Positions 37,172-47,292 of a stretch of DNA of 62,214 bases are shown one piece after another (position 1 is the stretch's first letter; each line of letters opens with the position of its first letter). A program made the position numbers and the translations under genes. Under the pieces are notes generated by a model. That model was not told the DNA's origin. It was given only the letters and a program-made list of their open reading frames with translations, and ran no database searches. The stretch is from positions 1-62,214 of the forward strand of contig CAZPDS010000006.1 of the NCBI GenBank assembly GCA_964585485.1, read 5' to 3'. Source of the stretch: an uncultured Bacteroidales bacterium. Lineage in GTDB: Bacteria; Bacteroidota; Bacteroidia; Bacteroidales; CAIWKO01.

Positions 37172-37921
37172 TTAAATCAGTTGTTCGCTGGTCATTCCGA
37201 ATCGTCGTTCACGGCCCTGGTAACTCACAATGGCTTTCCAGAGGTCTTCCTTGCGGAAATCCGGCCATAAGGTTTCCGTAAAATAAAATTCGCTGTAGGC
37301 AATCTGCCACAGCAAAAAATTACTGATCCTGTATTCCCCACTGGTTCGGATTAACAGCGAAGGATCCGGGATGCCGGTGGTGGTGAGATATGAGCCGATT
37401 AGTTGCTGATCAATCTGTTCTGGCTGCAGCTTTTCGTTTTTGATGTCGCTGGCGATATGCTTTACGGCCTGGGCAATCTCCCAACGTGCACTGTAGCTTA
37501 AGGCCAGGACTAGCGTCATGCGGTCGTTATTTTTCGTGGCTTCGATACTGCTCATGAGTTCGTTGTAACAATCAGGCTGGAGGCTCTCCAGGTCACCAAT
37601 GGCCCACAAACGAATATTATTCTTATTTAGTGTCCCGGTTTCACCATGAATGGTCTTAACCAGCAAATTCATCAGGGCATCCACTTCTTCCTTCGGCCGG
37701 TTCCAGTTTTCTGTTGAAAAGGCATAAAGCGTTAACCAGTTAATTCCAATTTCCGCAGCCGCCTCAACCGTCTCACGAACAGCCACAACGCCGTGTTCAT
37801 GACCGAAGGTGCGAACCTCTCCGCGTGACTGCGCCCAGCGCCCGTTTCCATCCATGATGATGGCAACATGCATAGGTAGCTTGTCGGGATTGATTTGGTC
37901 TTTAAAAGGTGTGCTGGACAT
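37172..37921 (-). CDS. uppS: Undecaprenyl-diphosphate synthase
   Basis: HVAIIMDGNGRWA and ..RTSGEYRISNFLLWQ.. motifs. Confidence 0.93.
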   Translation of the reverse strand: MSSTPFKDQINPDKLPMHVAIIMDGNGRWAQSRGEVRTFGHEHGVVAVRETVEAAAEIGINWLTLYAFSTENWNRPKEEVDALMNLLVKTIHGETGTLNKNNIRLWAIGDLESLQPDCYNELMSSIEATKNNDRMTLVLALSYSARWEIAQAVKHIASDIKNEKLQPEQIDQQLIGSYLTTTGIPDPSLLIRTSGEYRISNFLLWQIAYSEFYFTETLWPDFRKEDLWKAIVSYQGRERRFGMTSEQLI

Positions 37922-37938
37922 CCAGGAGGAATGAAAAT

Positions 37939-38805
37939 TTATTTGTAGCGGATTTTGAGGCTCTGATGCTTTTGATAAGCCGGACAGAGCCCCGTGCGTG
38001 GCTTGATGCGGAATTGCACAAAAAGTCCGGCAAAAGAATACCAGTCTTTATTTTTGGAGTTGCCGCGCTGTAGCCCGGTGTTGTTGACCGTTTCACCTTC
38101 TTCGTAAATCGTGCGGTCAGCAAGCAGAGCCGCCATCTCACCGTTCTCAGCAGCCAGTACCACAGGGTCGGCATACACTGTGCTGACATCATCCATATAA
38201 TCCGTAAAGGTTTTACGCAGGCCCCATTCAGCCCCAATGCACAGAAAGCTTACTGGACTGTATTTGATGCCCAAACCAAAGGGAATCGCAAAATTGGTTA
38301 GCGAGTAACGCTTGTTTACATCAGGTAAGGTTGTGCCTTGGCCTTCCGTGCCCAGGGCTTGTAAGGCATACCATTTACCATCGATTTGGGCGCGGGGGTT
38401 GGTGTTGAACATCGAAACGCCGGCGAAAATATAGGGCGACCATTTGTACTTTTCGTGCCCGGTAATATACTTTAGGAAATTCAACTCAAGCTGAGCAGAA
38501 ATGTCCGTTACGTATGATTTAAAGCTTAGATTCCGTTTAAGATTGGTTTTGGAAATGGCGTCACTGCCCTCAATTGTTCCATAAAGCCCGTTGACCTTAA
38601 TGGCAAAACGCGGCGAGATATTATAGCGGTAAATGATACCAAACGCCGGCTTTGATAATAAAAAATGCTTGGAGGGATTCAGGTCCCCCACGTAATAAGA
38701 TACGCCCCCGAAAACGCCAACCTCTGACCTTGCGTATTGCGCAGTCAGCGGCAGGTTCATCAACAATAATAGCCAAAACAGCAGAACAAATTTCTTCATA
38801 ACCAT
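37939..38805 (-). CDS. Outer-membrane beta-barrel protein (DUF6089-like), paralogue 1
   Basis: Signal peptide, EVGVFGGVSYYVGDLN start and ..FTDYMDDVS.. motif shared with the upstream paralogue. TAATG overlap with the upstream gene. Confidence 0.65.
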   Translation of the reverse strand: MVMKKFVLLFWLLLLMNLPLTAQYARSEVGVFGGVSYYVGDLNPSKHFLLSKPAFGIIYRYNISPRFAIKVNGLYGTIEGSDAISKTNLKRNLSFKSYVTDISAQLELNFLKYITGHEKYKWSPYIFAGVSMFNTNPRAQIDGKWYALQALGTEGQGTTLPDVNKRYSLTNFAIPFGLGIKYSPVSFLCIGAEWGLRKTFTDYMDDVSTVYADPVVLAAENGEMAALLADRTIYEEGETVNNTGLQRGNSKNKDWYSFAGLFVQFRIKPRTGLCPAYQKHQSLKIRYK

Positions 38806-39734
38806 TAAAATCTCAATTTGGGTGTAAATCCGCGCCCCAGTTTATAGTGAACGGATAACGACAGGAACATATAAGAGTCTTTATCCCGGGGATCGCCTCG
38901 CTGTTGTCCGGCCCGGGTACTGTTGTAAAACTCATTGCTGGGGTCGTTGGCTGTTGGGGAAGGATTGGACATCATCACGGACAGATCCCCTTTCGCATCA
39001 CGCAATGCGTCATAATCAACGTACGTAAGGCTTACGTCGTCAATATAATCAGTGAAGGTCCATCGGGTGCCGTATTCAAGCGACAAAGTCCAGGTTTTAT
39101 TGATAGCATAACGGAATCCAATGCCCATTGGTATGGATACTTGAAAGTTTGAATAGGATTTAGGCCGGGTGGAAACAACGGTTTGCCCTTCGGTGCAAAG
39201 GGGTTTAAGCCGGTACCAGCGATCGTTATACTTTCCGTACGGATCGAACCAAAAGCCTCCAATACCTGCAAACAGAAAGGTGTGGACATTAATGTTGCGC
39301 CATCCGCGAACGTTCAAATCGTATTGCTGACCTTTACGTGAGAAGGGAATGATGTATTCCATGCGACCTGCTAATTCAATGATGGGCGCACGAAAATTCA
39401 GGTTGCGATTGTTACGGTAGACCTCTTCTGTCAGACGATCATGACCACCGATAAAGGCTGCGTTCAACTCGCCCTTGACCGCCCAATGCTTATGAAAACG
39501 ATAATGATAGCCCAAGGTAATGTTGGGTCGAATGGAAGGAAAGTCGAAATCGCGGATGCTGATCTTTTTGGATCCAATCCGGTTCGCTCCGCCAAGCTCG
39601 CCCAAAAAATTGGTGGCTCCCGCTCCGAAGCTGATGGATTGTATCTTAACCTTGTTGCGCTTATATTTGCGCTGGGCATTTACCGGCCCCACTGCAATCA
39701 GGAGCGCAATCATCAGAAATAGAAACCTTCTCAT
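38805..39734 (-). CDS. Outer-membrane beta-barrel protein (DUF6089-like), paralogue 2
   Basis: Signal peptide. It shares the ..FTDYIDDVS.. and QRG(D/N)..KD.Y motifs with the downstream paralogue. Confidence 0.65.
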   Translation of the reverse strand: MRRFLFLMIALLIAVGPVNAQRKYKRNKVKIQSISFGAGATNFLGELGGANRIGSKKISIRDFDFPSIRPNITLGYHYRFHKHWAVKGELNAAFIGGHDRLTEEVYRNNRNLNFRAPIIELAGRMEYIIPFSRKGQQYDLNVRGWRNINVHTFLFAGIGGFWFDPYGKYNDRWYRLKPLCTEGQTVVSTRPKSYSNFQVSIPMGIGFRYAINKTWTLSLEYGTRWTFTDYIDDVSLTYVDYDALRDAKGDLSVMMSNPSPTANDPSNEFYNSTRAGQQRGDPRDKDSYMFLSLSVHYKLGRGFTPKLRF

Positions 39735-39760
39735 AAATTTAGTTTATTCCATAGAATCTA

Positions 39761-39768
39761 CAAAAGTA
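39761..39768 (-). promoter_or_regulatory. -7 promoter box (TAnnTTTG) for the DUF6089-uppS-bamA-skp unit
   Basis: The minus strand reads TACTTTTG, 26 nt upstream of the ATG at 39734. Confidence 0.5.
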
Positions 39769-39800
39769 GGAAAAAAACACTTAAATAAGGTGTTTTAGCT

Positions 39801-39840
39801 AAAAAAACCAATAGCTTAACGCAGGACCCCCCGATTGGTT
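39801..39840 (-). terminator. Possible terminator after nadK
   Basis: The minus strand reads AACCAAT-(21 nt)-ATTGGTT running into a T run. The large loop lowers confidence. Confidence 0.4.
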
Positions 39841-39889
39841 ACTAAGAATGACGGCTGCCCCCGGAGGCTTTTTAATGCAATGACCATTT

Positions 39890-40771
39890 CTAGTAATTCC
39901 GCCGGTCCAATCCCCACATCAGTTTCTCCCGTATGGTGGCGTAAAAGTTCTGACCGGGCAGGCGAACGATGTTTACATGCCCTGGTGCGAGACTGAGATT
40001 AAATTCCATACCCGTACCGGCCGTTTCGGAACGTGAATCCAGGCTAACCAGAAAAGAATCTTCACGACCTTCCGGCCTTAAGCGAATCCGGCTATTGTCA
40101 GGCAAAACAATGGGTCGAACCGTTAGGTTGTGCGTGGCTACCGGAGTTATGATGATGGCACGGGATTCCGGAGAGATAATGGGGCCTCCGCAACTCATCG
40201 AATAGGCCGTCGAGCCTGTGGGCGTAGCAATGATTAGTCCATCCGCCCAATACGTATTCAGGTAAACATCATTAACCCAGGCCTGGATAGAAATCATCGA
40301 GGCACTGTCTTTTTTGTGTATGCAAATTTCGTTGAGGGCATAATTGTGCGGACAAAATAACTGAGCCCTTGTCTGAAGAGAGAGCAGGCTACGCTGCTCA
40401 ACAACGAAATCCCCATCATGCAGGGCTTTCAACGCCGGCGAAATGTTGTCCGTCGAAATGGAACTCAAAAAACCCAGGCGCCCGGTGTTAAACCCCAGAA
40501 TCGGAATTCCCATACGGTAGGCAAAACGGATGGAATCCAAAAAGGTGCCGTCACCCCCAACACTGAAGATGTAATCAACCCCTCCGCTGAGTTCATCCGT
40601 TTCACTGAAACTGCTGGCATTGTTCAAGCCCGGAAGTTGCCCACGTAAACTTTCAAATAAACGCTCGAAAATCATGATCTCACAAGAGTAAGATTGAATC
40701 TCCAATAAAAGTTGACGGTAGAAAGGGAGTTGTTTTTCCTGGATTTTGTGGCCAAACAAGGCAATTTTCAT
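39890..40771 (-). CDS. nadK: NAD+ kinase
   Basis: MKIALFGHK.., GGDGTFL and ..TPTGSTAYS.. motifs. Start trimmed to ATG 40771. Confidence 0.9.
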   Translation of the reverse strand: MKIALFGHKIQEKQLPFYRQLLLEIQSYSCEIMIFERLFESLRGQLPGLNNASSFSETDELSGGVDYIFSVGGDGTFLDSIRFAYRMGIPILGFNTGRLGFLSSISTDNISPALKALHDGDFVVEQRSLLSLQTRAQLFCPHNYALNEICIHKKDSASMISIQAWVNDVYLNTYWADGLIIATPTGSTAYSMSCGGPIISPESRAIIITPVATHNLTVRPIVLPDNSRIRLRPEGREDSFLVSLDSRSETAGTGMEFNLSLAPGHVNIVRLPGQNFYATIREKLMWGLDRRNY

Positions 40772-40824
40772 GATCGATTTTCTTGCGGTTTCAGTTTCGT
40801 AGGAGCTCAAAAAGAGAAGATTTA

Positions 40825-41487
40825 CTAAAGGTTCATGTAGTTCATCAGAGAGTTGTAGCGGTCCATCAGGTCGTCACTATAAGTGCTTTCGGTGAACGAC
40901 GCAAGTACGGTGTAGTTATAGCGGTCAAAAGTTTGTAATATTGGATAGATGTTAATTTTGTTGATTTTCAGCGTCACCTCAACTTTTACAGAATCCGGGT
41001 GACTGGTTATATAACTGCTTAGAATTATGGCCTCATTGGATTCGACGATGGAGGCAATTTCGGAAAGCGAATAGTCATTTTGGTTGGTTTCCAGCACGAT
41101 AATCCCCCCTGGATTTTGCACGGCGGTAATTTCAGCAAAGTGAGCTACCAGGTCTTTTAAAAGAATGGTTCCAACATATACATTGCTCTTGTTTAAAACA
41201 GGAATTACACTGAGCTTTTCACTCCAGGCCAACGAAATTACATCATAAATGTGTTGGTATTGATCAACAAAGGGACGAAGTAGCGAAAGACTGTAATTTC
41301 CAATGGGCTCTTCCTGGTTGTTTACGTTTTCAATGTCGGCTTCGGAAATTAAACCTAAAAAATCTTCATTATTGACAATGGGAAGATGCGAAACTTTGTA
41401 TTCATCCATGATCCGAAGAGCAATAACACCCGTATCAGAGGTCTTAAGCGAAGGTAGAACTTCGGAAATCAAATTTTTAGCTAACAT
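40825..41487 (-). CDS. CBS-domain pair protein
   Basis: Two CBS-like modules (..VSHLPIVNNEDFLGLISEADI.., ..LSVIPVLNKSNVYVGTILLKDL..). Start trimmed to ATG 41487. Confidence 0.75.
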   Translation of the reverse strand: MLAKNLISEVLPSLKTSDTGVIALRIMDEYKVSHLPIVNNEDFLGLISEADIENVNNQEEPIGNYSLSLLRPFVDQYQHIYDVISLAWSEKLSVIPVLNKSNVYVGTILLKDLVAHFAEITAVQNPGGIIVLETNQNDYSLSEIASIVESNEAIILSSYITSHPDSVKVEVTLKINKINIYPILQTFDRYNYTVLASFTESTYSDDLMDRYNSLMNYMNL

Positions 41488-41530
41488 CTGCTGCGATGAA
41501 TTCTGTGGTTTTTTTGCTGATGAACCCCTG

Positions 41531-41538
41531 CAAACATA
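41531..41538 (-). promoter_or_regulatory. -7 promoter box (TAnnTTTG) for the CBS-nadK unit
   Basis: The minus strand reads TATGTTTG, 43 nt upstream of the ATG at 41487. Confidence 0.4.
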
Positions 41539-41547
41539 GTAATTTTT

Positions 41548-41555
41548 TAGCTTTG
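41548..41555 (+). promoter_or_regulatory. -7 promoter box (TAnnTTTG) for pdxJ
   Basis: TAGCTTTG lies 18 nt upstream of ATG 41574. Confidence 0.45.
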
Positions 41556-41573
41556 CAGATAAATTGATGGGAC

Positions 41574-42287
41574 ATGACAAAACTTAGTGTAAATGTAAAT
41601 AAAATTGCGACCCTTCGCAATGCCCGTGGTGGAAATTTGCCCAACCTTCTTCAGGTCGCCCTGGATTGTGAATCCTTCGGTGCACAGGGCATCACGGTGC
41701 ATCCGCGACCCGATGGTCGTCACATCCGGTTTCAGGATGTTGTGGAATTGAAACCCCGTCTTAGTACAGAATTCAATATTGAGGGCTATCCGTCTGATAC
41801 ACTGCTGGACCTGGTCTTGAAGGTGAAGCCGGCGCAGTTTACCATGGTACCCGATCCCCCCGATGCGATTACCTCCAACGCTGGTTGGGATACCCGAACC
41901 CATCAACAATTTCTTCGCGATGTTATCCGGAAAGTAAAGAAGCAGGGAATCCGTACAAGCCTATTTGTTAATCCCGATGTCGAAATGGTAGAATACGCCC
42001 ACTCTACAGAAACGGACCGGATCGAGCTTTATACAGAAGCGTATGCAAAAGAATATACGGAAGGACGGGAAAAGGCCATCGCTCCCTATCGGGCCGCCGC
42101 GCAAAAGGCCTGTGAACTTCAGATTGGCATCAATGCAGGCCACGACCTGAACCTGGACAACCTGGCCTATTTTGCGAACAACATCCCCGGTCTGCTGGAG
42201 GTGTCTATTGGGCACGCACTCATCTGCGATGCCCTTTATTTGGGCCTTGAAGAAACCATTCGCCGTTATTTGGAACAATTAAGCTGA
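41574..42287 (+). CDS. pdxJ: Pyridoxine 5'-phosphate synthase
   Basis: [29 protein letters not shown] and ..IGHALI.. motifs. Confidence 0.92.
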   Translation: MTKLSVNVNKIATLRNARGGNLPNLLQVALDCESFGAQGITVHPRPDGRHIRFQDVVELKPRLSTEFNIEGYPSDTLLDLVLKVKPAQFTMVPDPPDAITSNAGWDTRTHQQFLRDVIRKVKKQGIRTSLFVNPDVEMVEYAHSTETDRIELYTEAYAKEYTEGREKAIAPYRAAAQKACELQIGINAGHDLNLDNLAYFANNIPGLLEVSIGHALICDALYLGLEETIRRYLEQLS

Positions 42288-42293
42288 TCGGCA

Positions 42294-43100
42294 GTGACCG
42301 ATAATGATTCCTTGTTTTTTCGCGAGATGGGCCAGGGCCCGGGATTACTTATCCTACACGGCTTTTTGGGATTGTCTGATCATTGGGTGCCGCTTGGAAA
42401 GTATTTGTCTCAACGCTTTCGCGTGATTATTCCGGATCTGCGAAACCATGGGCGATCTCCGCATTCCGAAGCTTTTAGCTGGGATGAGATGCAGGCGGAT
42501 GTTCTGACTCTGCTTAATCGATTGGGTCTTTCCCGGGTTTCAACCATCGGCCATAGCATGGGCGGTCGTCTGGCAATGCATCTGGCACTCGATTATCCTC
42601 AATGCATAGAGAATCTTCAAGTTGTTGATATTTCCCCGATGGGCCTTCCCGAACATTGCTCGCATCAGAATTTGATTCGGGTAATGATGAACCTGGATCT
42701 AGCGGCCTTCAATCGTCTTTCGGAGGTCAGTGCCGTCTTGAGCGATGCATTGCCCGATGAGCGATGGGTGCAGTTTTGCCTTAAAAATATCCGGATTTCG
42801 TCTTCCGGAACCATGGCCTGGAAACCCAATTTGAAGGTCCTGCGCAACGCCTGGCCCGCACTTGCCGAACCGCTTTTGGCCGATCATACCTTCCCGGGAC
42901 CGGTACTTTTTTTGAAAGGTGAAGATTCCCACTACCTTCAAACTGCTGAATTACCTGGTATCAGGAAGCTTTTCCCGGAAGCCGAAATGCTCACGATTCC
43001 AAAGGCTGGACATTGGATTCACGCAGACAACCCGCCGGAATTTTACAATGCCACGATTAAGTTTCTTACAAGGGGAGGAAACCTGACAAGGCCGGACTAG
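42294..43100 (+). CDS. Alpha/beta-hydrolase
   Basis: LILHGFLG and GHSMGG motifs. GTG start at 42294 (alternative ATG 42327). Confidence 0.8.
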   Translation: MTDNDSLFFREMGQGPGLLILHGFLGLSDHWVPLGKYLSQRFRVIIPDLRNHGRSPHSEAFSWDEMQADVLTLLNRLGLSRVSTIGHSMGGRLAMHLALDYPQCIENLQVVDISPMGLPEHCSHQNLIRVMMNLDLAAFNRLSEVSAVLSDALPDERWVQFCLKNIRISSSGTMAWKPNLKVLRNAWPALAEPLLADHTFPGPVLFLKGEDSHYLQTAELPGIRKLFPEAEMLTIPKAGHWIHADNPPEFYNATIKFLTRGGNLTRPD

Positions 43101-43693
43101 TGAATGTCTTTCCACCGTAGCGTTGAAATCAGGTGGTCCATATCGCCGCGCACAAAATCCAGAACCGGCGAAAGACTGTCATTGTTAGGAATCGTTGAAA
43201 AATACAAGGCTCCACGAAGAAAATGCCGACTGCTGTCGGTAAGGCAAAACTGATACGTGGACGCAACACCGCTGCCCTTGATGTCGTAAATGATCCCGTG
43301 AATATCGCGGATGGTGTCGTGATATTCGTTGGAAATGATATCGTCAGCTTTTGGAATGTGTTTGGTGACGAAATTTCGGGTGTCCTCGAAATAGGCCGCC
43401 AGATTGTTTCGGACGGGCTTATAACTAAGATGTAACATGCCATGAAACGGAACCAGGTCAAGGTTGATCCAATAGGGTTCGGCCTGAGGATCCGCGTCTG
43501 GAGAAATGATGGCATAATCCGGATATTCGAAGGAATATGGACTTAGCGTGTCATATCGCAAATAATGCTTCTCCGGAAAGTCAATGCGAAAAAAACCGCG
43601 GGGCTTGGGAATATAATCGTCTTCGGCACAAGCAACGAGCAGCGCCGAAGATAGTGTTAGCAGGGTATAGAAAAGATGGCGCAGATGTCTCAT
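43097..43693 (-). CDS. gldD: Gliding-motility lipoprotein GldD
   Basis: Lipobox LLVAC, then ..YIPKPRGFFRIDFPEK.., characteristic of GldD. Overlaps gldE as ATGA. Confidence 0.8.
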   Translation of the reverse strand: MRHLRHLFYTLLTLSSALLVACAEDDYIPKPRGFFRIDFPEKHYLRYDTLSPYSFEYPDYAIISPDADPQAEPYWINLDLVPFHGMLHLSYKPVRNNLAAYFEDTRNFVTKHIPKADDIISNEYHDTIRDIHGIIYDIKGSGVASTYQFCLTDSSRHFLRGALYFSTIPNNDSLSPVLDFVRGDMDHLISTLRWKDIH

Positions 43694-45030
43694 TTGATCG
43701 TGATCTTCACTTTTTTAATTTTCCGGTTATCGGCAGATTCTATTTTAAGTAACAGGTTCTTGAATTCAATGGTTTCGTTCCGGGCCGGAATTTTGCCGGT
43801 GATTTCAAGAATAAATCCACCCAGACTGTCAAACTCTCCGTTCAGACTGTCGAATAAATCTCCCGCACAACCCGTGATCTTCATGAAATCATTGATGCTG
43901 GTTTTGGCTTCAAAAATATAGGTGTGGTCGTCAATCTTGGTGTAGGTCGATCCAATGGGATCGTCGTCATACTCATCATTAATTTCACCGACAATTTCTT
44001 CGATGATATCCTCCAGGGTGACCAAGCCCGAGGTTCCGCCAAATTCATCAACGACTACGGCAAGGTGAATTTTCTTCCGGCGAAATAAAAGCAGCAGGTC
44101 GTTGATGCCCATGTTTTCTGGGATAAACAGCGCAGGGCGCGCCAATCGTTGCCAGGCGAAATCGCCGCTATTCTTTATGTAGGGTAGCAAATCTTTGATA
44201 TATAAAACTCCGACGACGGCATCCATGGTTTCCCGATAAACGGGTATCCGCGAGAAACCATAGTCAAGGATGAGTTTTATTAGATCATCAAAAGTAGTGC
44301 TTTCTTCAACCCCGTATATATCTACGCGCGAACGCATTACCTCTTTAACCTCGAGGTCGCCGAATTTTACAATCCCCTTCAGGATTTTTTGTTCCTGCTC
44401 CTGTTCATTGCTTTCGGAGGCCAACTCAATAACTTCATTGAGCTCATTTAATGAAATTTGATGCCCTTTCTTTTCAACACGTTTTTCCAGAAATTTCGTG
44501 GACCGCATTAACAGGGAGCTTAACGGATAAAAAAGGCTTTCTGCAGCAATCAGTGCGCCGCTAAGAAAACCGGCAAAACGAACAGGTTGCTGGCTGGCTA
44601 AGATTTTTGGCAAGATCTCCCCAAAGAACAGAATGAGCGCTGTAATGATCACAAACTGCACCAGGAAACCAAACACCAGCATCGTGGAAAAGTCGAACAT
44701 CCACTGAGTGACATAGGTTGAGAGAATGACAATGGCGATATTGATGAAGTTATTCGAAATCAATATAGTGGCCAGCAAACGCTTCGGTTCTTCCAAAAGT
44801 TTCAACGTGCGCAGATCGGAAGGCGATTTGCGGTTTTTGATTTCCTGCAACTGGCCGGGGGATAGCGAAAAATAGGCCATTTCCGATCCCGACGCCATGG
44901 CTGAGCAAAATAATAAAAGGAGGATCCCAAAGATGCCAATGGCTGCAAAAACCGTAAATGGTTTGAGGACGGAAAATAAAACGAATAGTAATATAGGTGA
45001 GCTGTCCACGGTTACTTCTTTGCTCTGCAA
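43690..45030 (-). CDS. gldE: Gliding-motility-associated protein GldE (DUF21/CNNM TM domain + CBS pair + CorC_HlyC)
   Basis: ..LLLFCSAMASGSEMAYFSL.. begins DUF21. A CBS pair and a C-terminal transporter-associated domain follow. Adjacent to gldD. The 45030 start is a TTG, so the exact start is uncertain. Confidence 0.8.
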   Translation of the reverse strand: MQSKEVTVDSSPILLFVLFSVLKPFTVFAAIGIFGILLLLFCSAMASGSEMAYFSLSPGQLQEIKNRKSPSDLRTLKLLEEPKRLLATILISNNFINIAIVILSTYVTQWMFDFSTMLVFGFLVQFVIITALILFFGEILPKILASQQPVRFAGFLSGALIAAESLFYPLSSLLMRSTKFLEKRVEKKGHQISLNELNEVIELASESNEQEQEQKILKGIVKFGDLEVKEVMRSRVDIYGVEESTTFDDLIKLILDYGFSRIPVYRETMDAVVGVLYIKDLLPYIKNSGDFAWQRLARPALFIPENMGINDLLLLFRRKKIHLAVVVDEFGGTSGLVTLEDIIEEIVGEINDEYDDDPIGSTYTKIDDHTYIFEAKTSINDFMKITGCAGDLFDSLNGEFDSLGGFILEITGKIPARNETIEFKNLLLKIESADNRKIKKVKITIK

Positions 45031-45035
45031 AGATA

Positions 45036-45069
45036 TAAAAAAGCATAATCCGGAATTTCCGGATTATGC
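45036..45069 (-). terminator. Rho-independent terminator after ssb
   Basis: The minus strand reads GCATAATCCGGAA-a-TTCCGGATTATGC (near-perfect 13-bp stem) followed by TTTTTT. Confidence 0.75.
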
Positions 45070-45088
45070 GATAAGTCGGGTACGATTA

Positions 45089-45505
45089 CTAAAAAGGAAG
45101 ATCGTTTTCGGGCGTCGGAGCTTCCAGGTCCGGCGGCGTTGCAATGGTCTCTGTATGCTCGGGTGCACCGTTTTCGCGTTTACTGCCCAACATCGTCATC
45201 TGGTCAGCCTGAATTTCAGTGACATACTTCTTCTGTCCGTCTTTTTCATAGCTGCGTGTCCGGATACGACCCTCAATGTAAACTTGACTCCCTTTTTTCA
45301 GGTATTTTTCAGCAACTTCAGCAAGGCCTCTCCAGAGCACAATGTTGTGCCATTCGGTCTGCTCGACCTTTTGGTTGTCCTTTGTGCGGTAGCTTTCTGT
45401 TGTGGCCAGCGAGAAAGTGGCCACTTTTACGCCACTTTCCAGTGTTCTGACTTCCGGGTCTTTGCCCAGATTTCCGATAAGCATAGCTTTGTTAACTCCT
45501 GCCAT
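45089..45505 (-). CDS. ssb: Single-stranded DNA-binding protein
   Basis: MAGVNKAMLIGNLGKDPE.., an OB fold and an acidic C-terminal tip ..ENDLPF. Confidence 0.93.
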   Translation of the reverse strand: MAGVNKAMLIGNLGKDPEVRTLESGVKVATFSLATTESYRTKDNQKVEQTEWHNIVLWRGLAEVAEKYLKKGSQVYIEGRIRTRSYEKDGQKKYVTEIQADQMTMLGSKRENGAPEHTETIATPPDLEAPTPENDLPF

Positions 45506-45542
45506 GGTAATTAAGAATTAGTGAGTGATTTATTTGTCAACT

Positions 45543-45550
45543 CAAAAGTA
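45543..45550 (-). promoter_or_regulatory. -7 promoter box (TAnnTTTG) for ssb
   Basis: The minus strand reads TACTTTTG, 37 nt upstream of the ATG at 45505. Confidence 0.5.
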
Positions 45551-45717
45551 CAATATTTTACTGAAAATTCGATGAAAAGTAATGAACAGCCCGATCCCCC
45601 GTAGGCGATTTTCACCCATCAGACTGGAAAATTTGTTGCCGGAGAAATCAAAAGATCGGCTAAGAATGTTCATAACTCAGGCCGTACTGCATCGAACGAT
45701 GGGTTCTTGCCTGCTTA

Positions 45718-47193
45718 TTAGTACGCTTTCGCGAAGACAACCCGGCGCGATGATGGTTTCCCTGAATAGATGCACCGGCCTTCTTCGGGCTCAGCATCCA
45801 GCGGTATGCACCGAATGGTGGCCTTGGTTTCTTCTTTTATTTTTTGCTCGGTTTCCGGAGTGCCATCCCAGTGAGCGTAAATAAATCCACCCTTTTCTTC
45901 CAGCACTTTTTTGAACGTCTCGTAGTCATCAACCCTGACTGAACTGGCAGTCCTGAAGTCCCGGGCTTTTTCATACAGCATTTTCTGAATGTCGGTCAGT
46001 AATTGCTGCACGGTCTCTATCACCTGATCAAAAGGAATGCTCTTTTTTTCCAACGTGTCGCGCCGGGTGATTTCTATTGTTCCGTTTTCAATATCCCGCG
46101 ATCCAATGGCTAATCTTACAGGTACGCCCTTAAATTCATATTCGGAGAATTTCCAACCAGGAGTGAAGTTCTCACGGTCATCGTATTTAACCGTTATGCC
46201 CAGTTTCCTTAATGAGGACAACATTGGGTTCACCTTTTCACTAATCGCCGTGAGTTGTTCGGCGGTTTTGAAAATAGGAACTACAGCAACCTGAATCGGA
46301 GCCAGCTTCGGGGGAAGAACCAACCCATGGTCGTCGGAATGGCTCATAACCAGCGCACCCATTAAACGGGTTGAAACGCCCCAGGAGGTTGCCCATACAT
46401 AATCGAGCTTATTTTCCTTGCTAAGGAACTTAACATCAAATGCTTTCGCGAAATTCTGACCCAAAAAGTGCGACGTGCCTGCCTGCAGGGCCTTGCCGTC
46501 CTGCATTAACGCCTCAATGCAATAGGTTTCCAGCGCACCCGCAAATCGCTCGTTGGGCGATTTCAGCCCCTTTAGTACCGGCATCGCCATGAAATCTTCT
46601 GCAAAGGTGGCATATACATTAAGCATAGTCTCAGCTTCACGGATAGCTTCTTCGGAGGTCGCATGTGCGGTGTGCCCTTCCTGCCACAGAAATTCAGCAG
46701 TGCGGAGAAACAGGCGTGTACGCATCTCCCAGCGGACTACATTGGCCCACTGGTTGGCCAGTATCGGCAAATCTCGATAGCTTTTTATCCAGTTGCGATA
46801 CGTGTCCCATATGATGGTTTCGGAGGTCGGACGAACAATCAACTCTTCTTCCAGTTTCGCATCTTCATCAACAATAATACTTTTACCATCAGGGCTTTTC
46901 TTTAAACGGTAATGCGTCACCACCGCGCATTCCTTCGCAAATCCTTCCACGTGACTCGCTTCTTTGCTAAAAAACGACTTTGGAATAAATATTGGGAAAT
47001 ACATGTTGTAATGACCCGTTTCTTTGAACATCCTGTCAAGTTCAGCCTGCATTCGTTCCCAAATAGCGTAACCATAGGGTTTTATGACCATGCAGCCGCG
47101 AACTGCTGAATTTTCAGCCAGATCGGCTTTGATCACAAGTTCATTGTACCATTGAGAATAATTCTCCTGCCGTGTGGTAAAATCTTTAGCCAT
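45718..47193 (-). CDS. proS: Proline--tRNA ligase (archaeal/eukaryote-like type)
   Basis: [27 protein letters not shown].. N-terminus, class II motifs and the C-terminal ..VVFAKAY. Size is 491 aa. Confidence 0.92.
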   Translation of the reverse strand: MAKDFTTRQENYSQWYNELVIKADLAENSAVRGCMVIKPYGYAIWERMQAELDRMFKETGHYNMYFPIFIPKSFFSKEASHVEGFAKECAVVTHYRLKKSPDGKSIIVDEDAKLEEELIVRPTSETIIWDTYRNWIKSYRDLPILANQWANVVRWEMRTRLFLRTAEFLWQEGHTAHATSEEAIREAETMLNVYATFAEDFMAMPVLKGLKSPNERFAGALETYCIEALMQDGKALQAGTSHFLGQNFAKAFDVKFLSKENKLDYVWATSWGVSTRLMGALVMSHSDDHGLVLPPKLAPIQVAVVPIFKTAEQLTAISEKVNPMLSSLRKLGITVKYDDRENFTPGWKFSEYEFKGVPVRLAIGSRDIENGTIEITRRDTLEKKSIPFDQVIETVQQLLTDIQKMLYEKARDFRTASSVRVDDYETFKKVLEEKGGFIYAHWDGTPETEQKIKEETKATIRCIPLDAEPEEGRCIYSGKPSSRRVVFAKAY

Positions 47194-47239
47194 AAAGAAA
47201 TTGGTATAAAAATTGCAATTTTTATGTGTAATCTGAATG

Positions 47240-47247
47240 CAAAGCTA
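47240..47247 (-). promoter_or_regulatory. -7 promoter box (TAnnTTTG) for proS
   Basis: The minus strand reads TAGCTTTG, 46 nt upstream of the ATG at 47193. Confidence 0.4.
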
Positions 47248-47292
47248 AATATAATTTATCACTCAACACACAATAACCGGGAGGACCAACCA

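Noticed and set aside
37939-39734. Tandem DUF6089-like genes and tandem skp genes (33372-34513) as a possible novel duplicated system
   Set aside because: Both families are standard members of the conserved nadK-uppS-bamA-skp envelope cluster in Bacteroidota. A tandem duplication alone is not unusual, so these are recorded as features only.
44897-45514. 205-aa plus-strand ORF spanning the gldE start, the ssb terminator and all of ssb
   Set aside because: It crosses a strong terminator hairpin and is antisense to ssb, which has unmistakable motifs.
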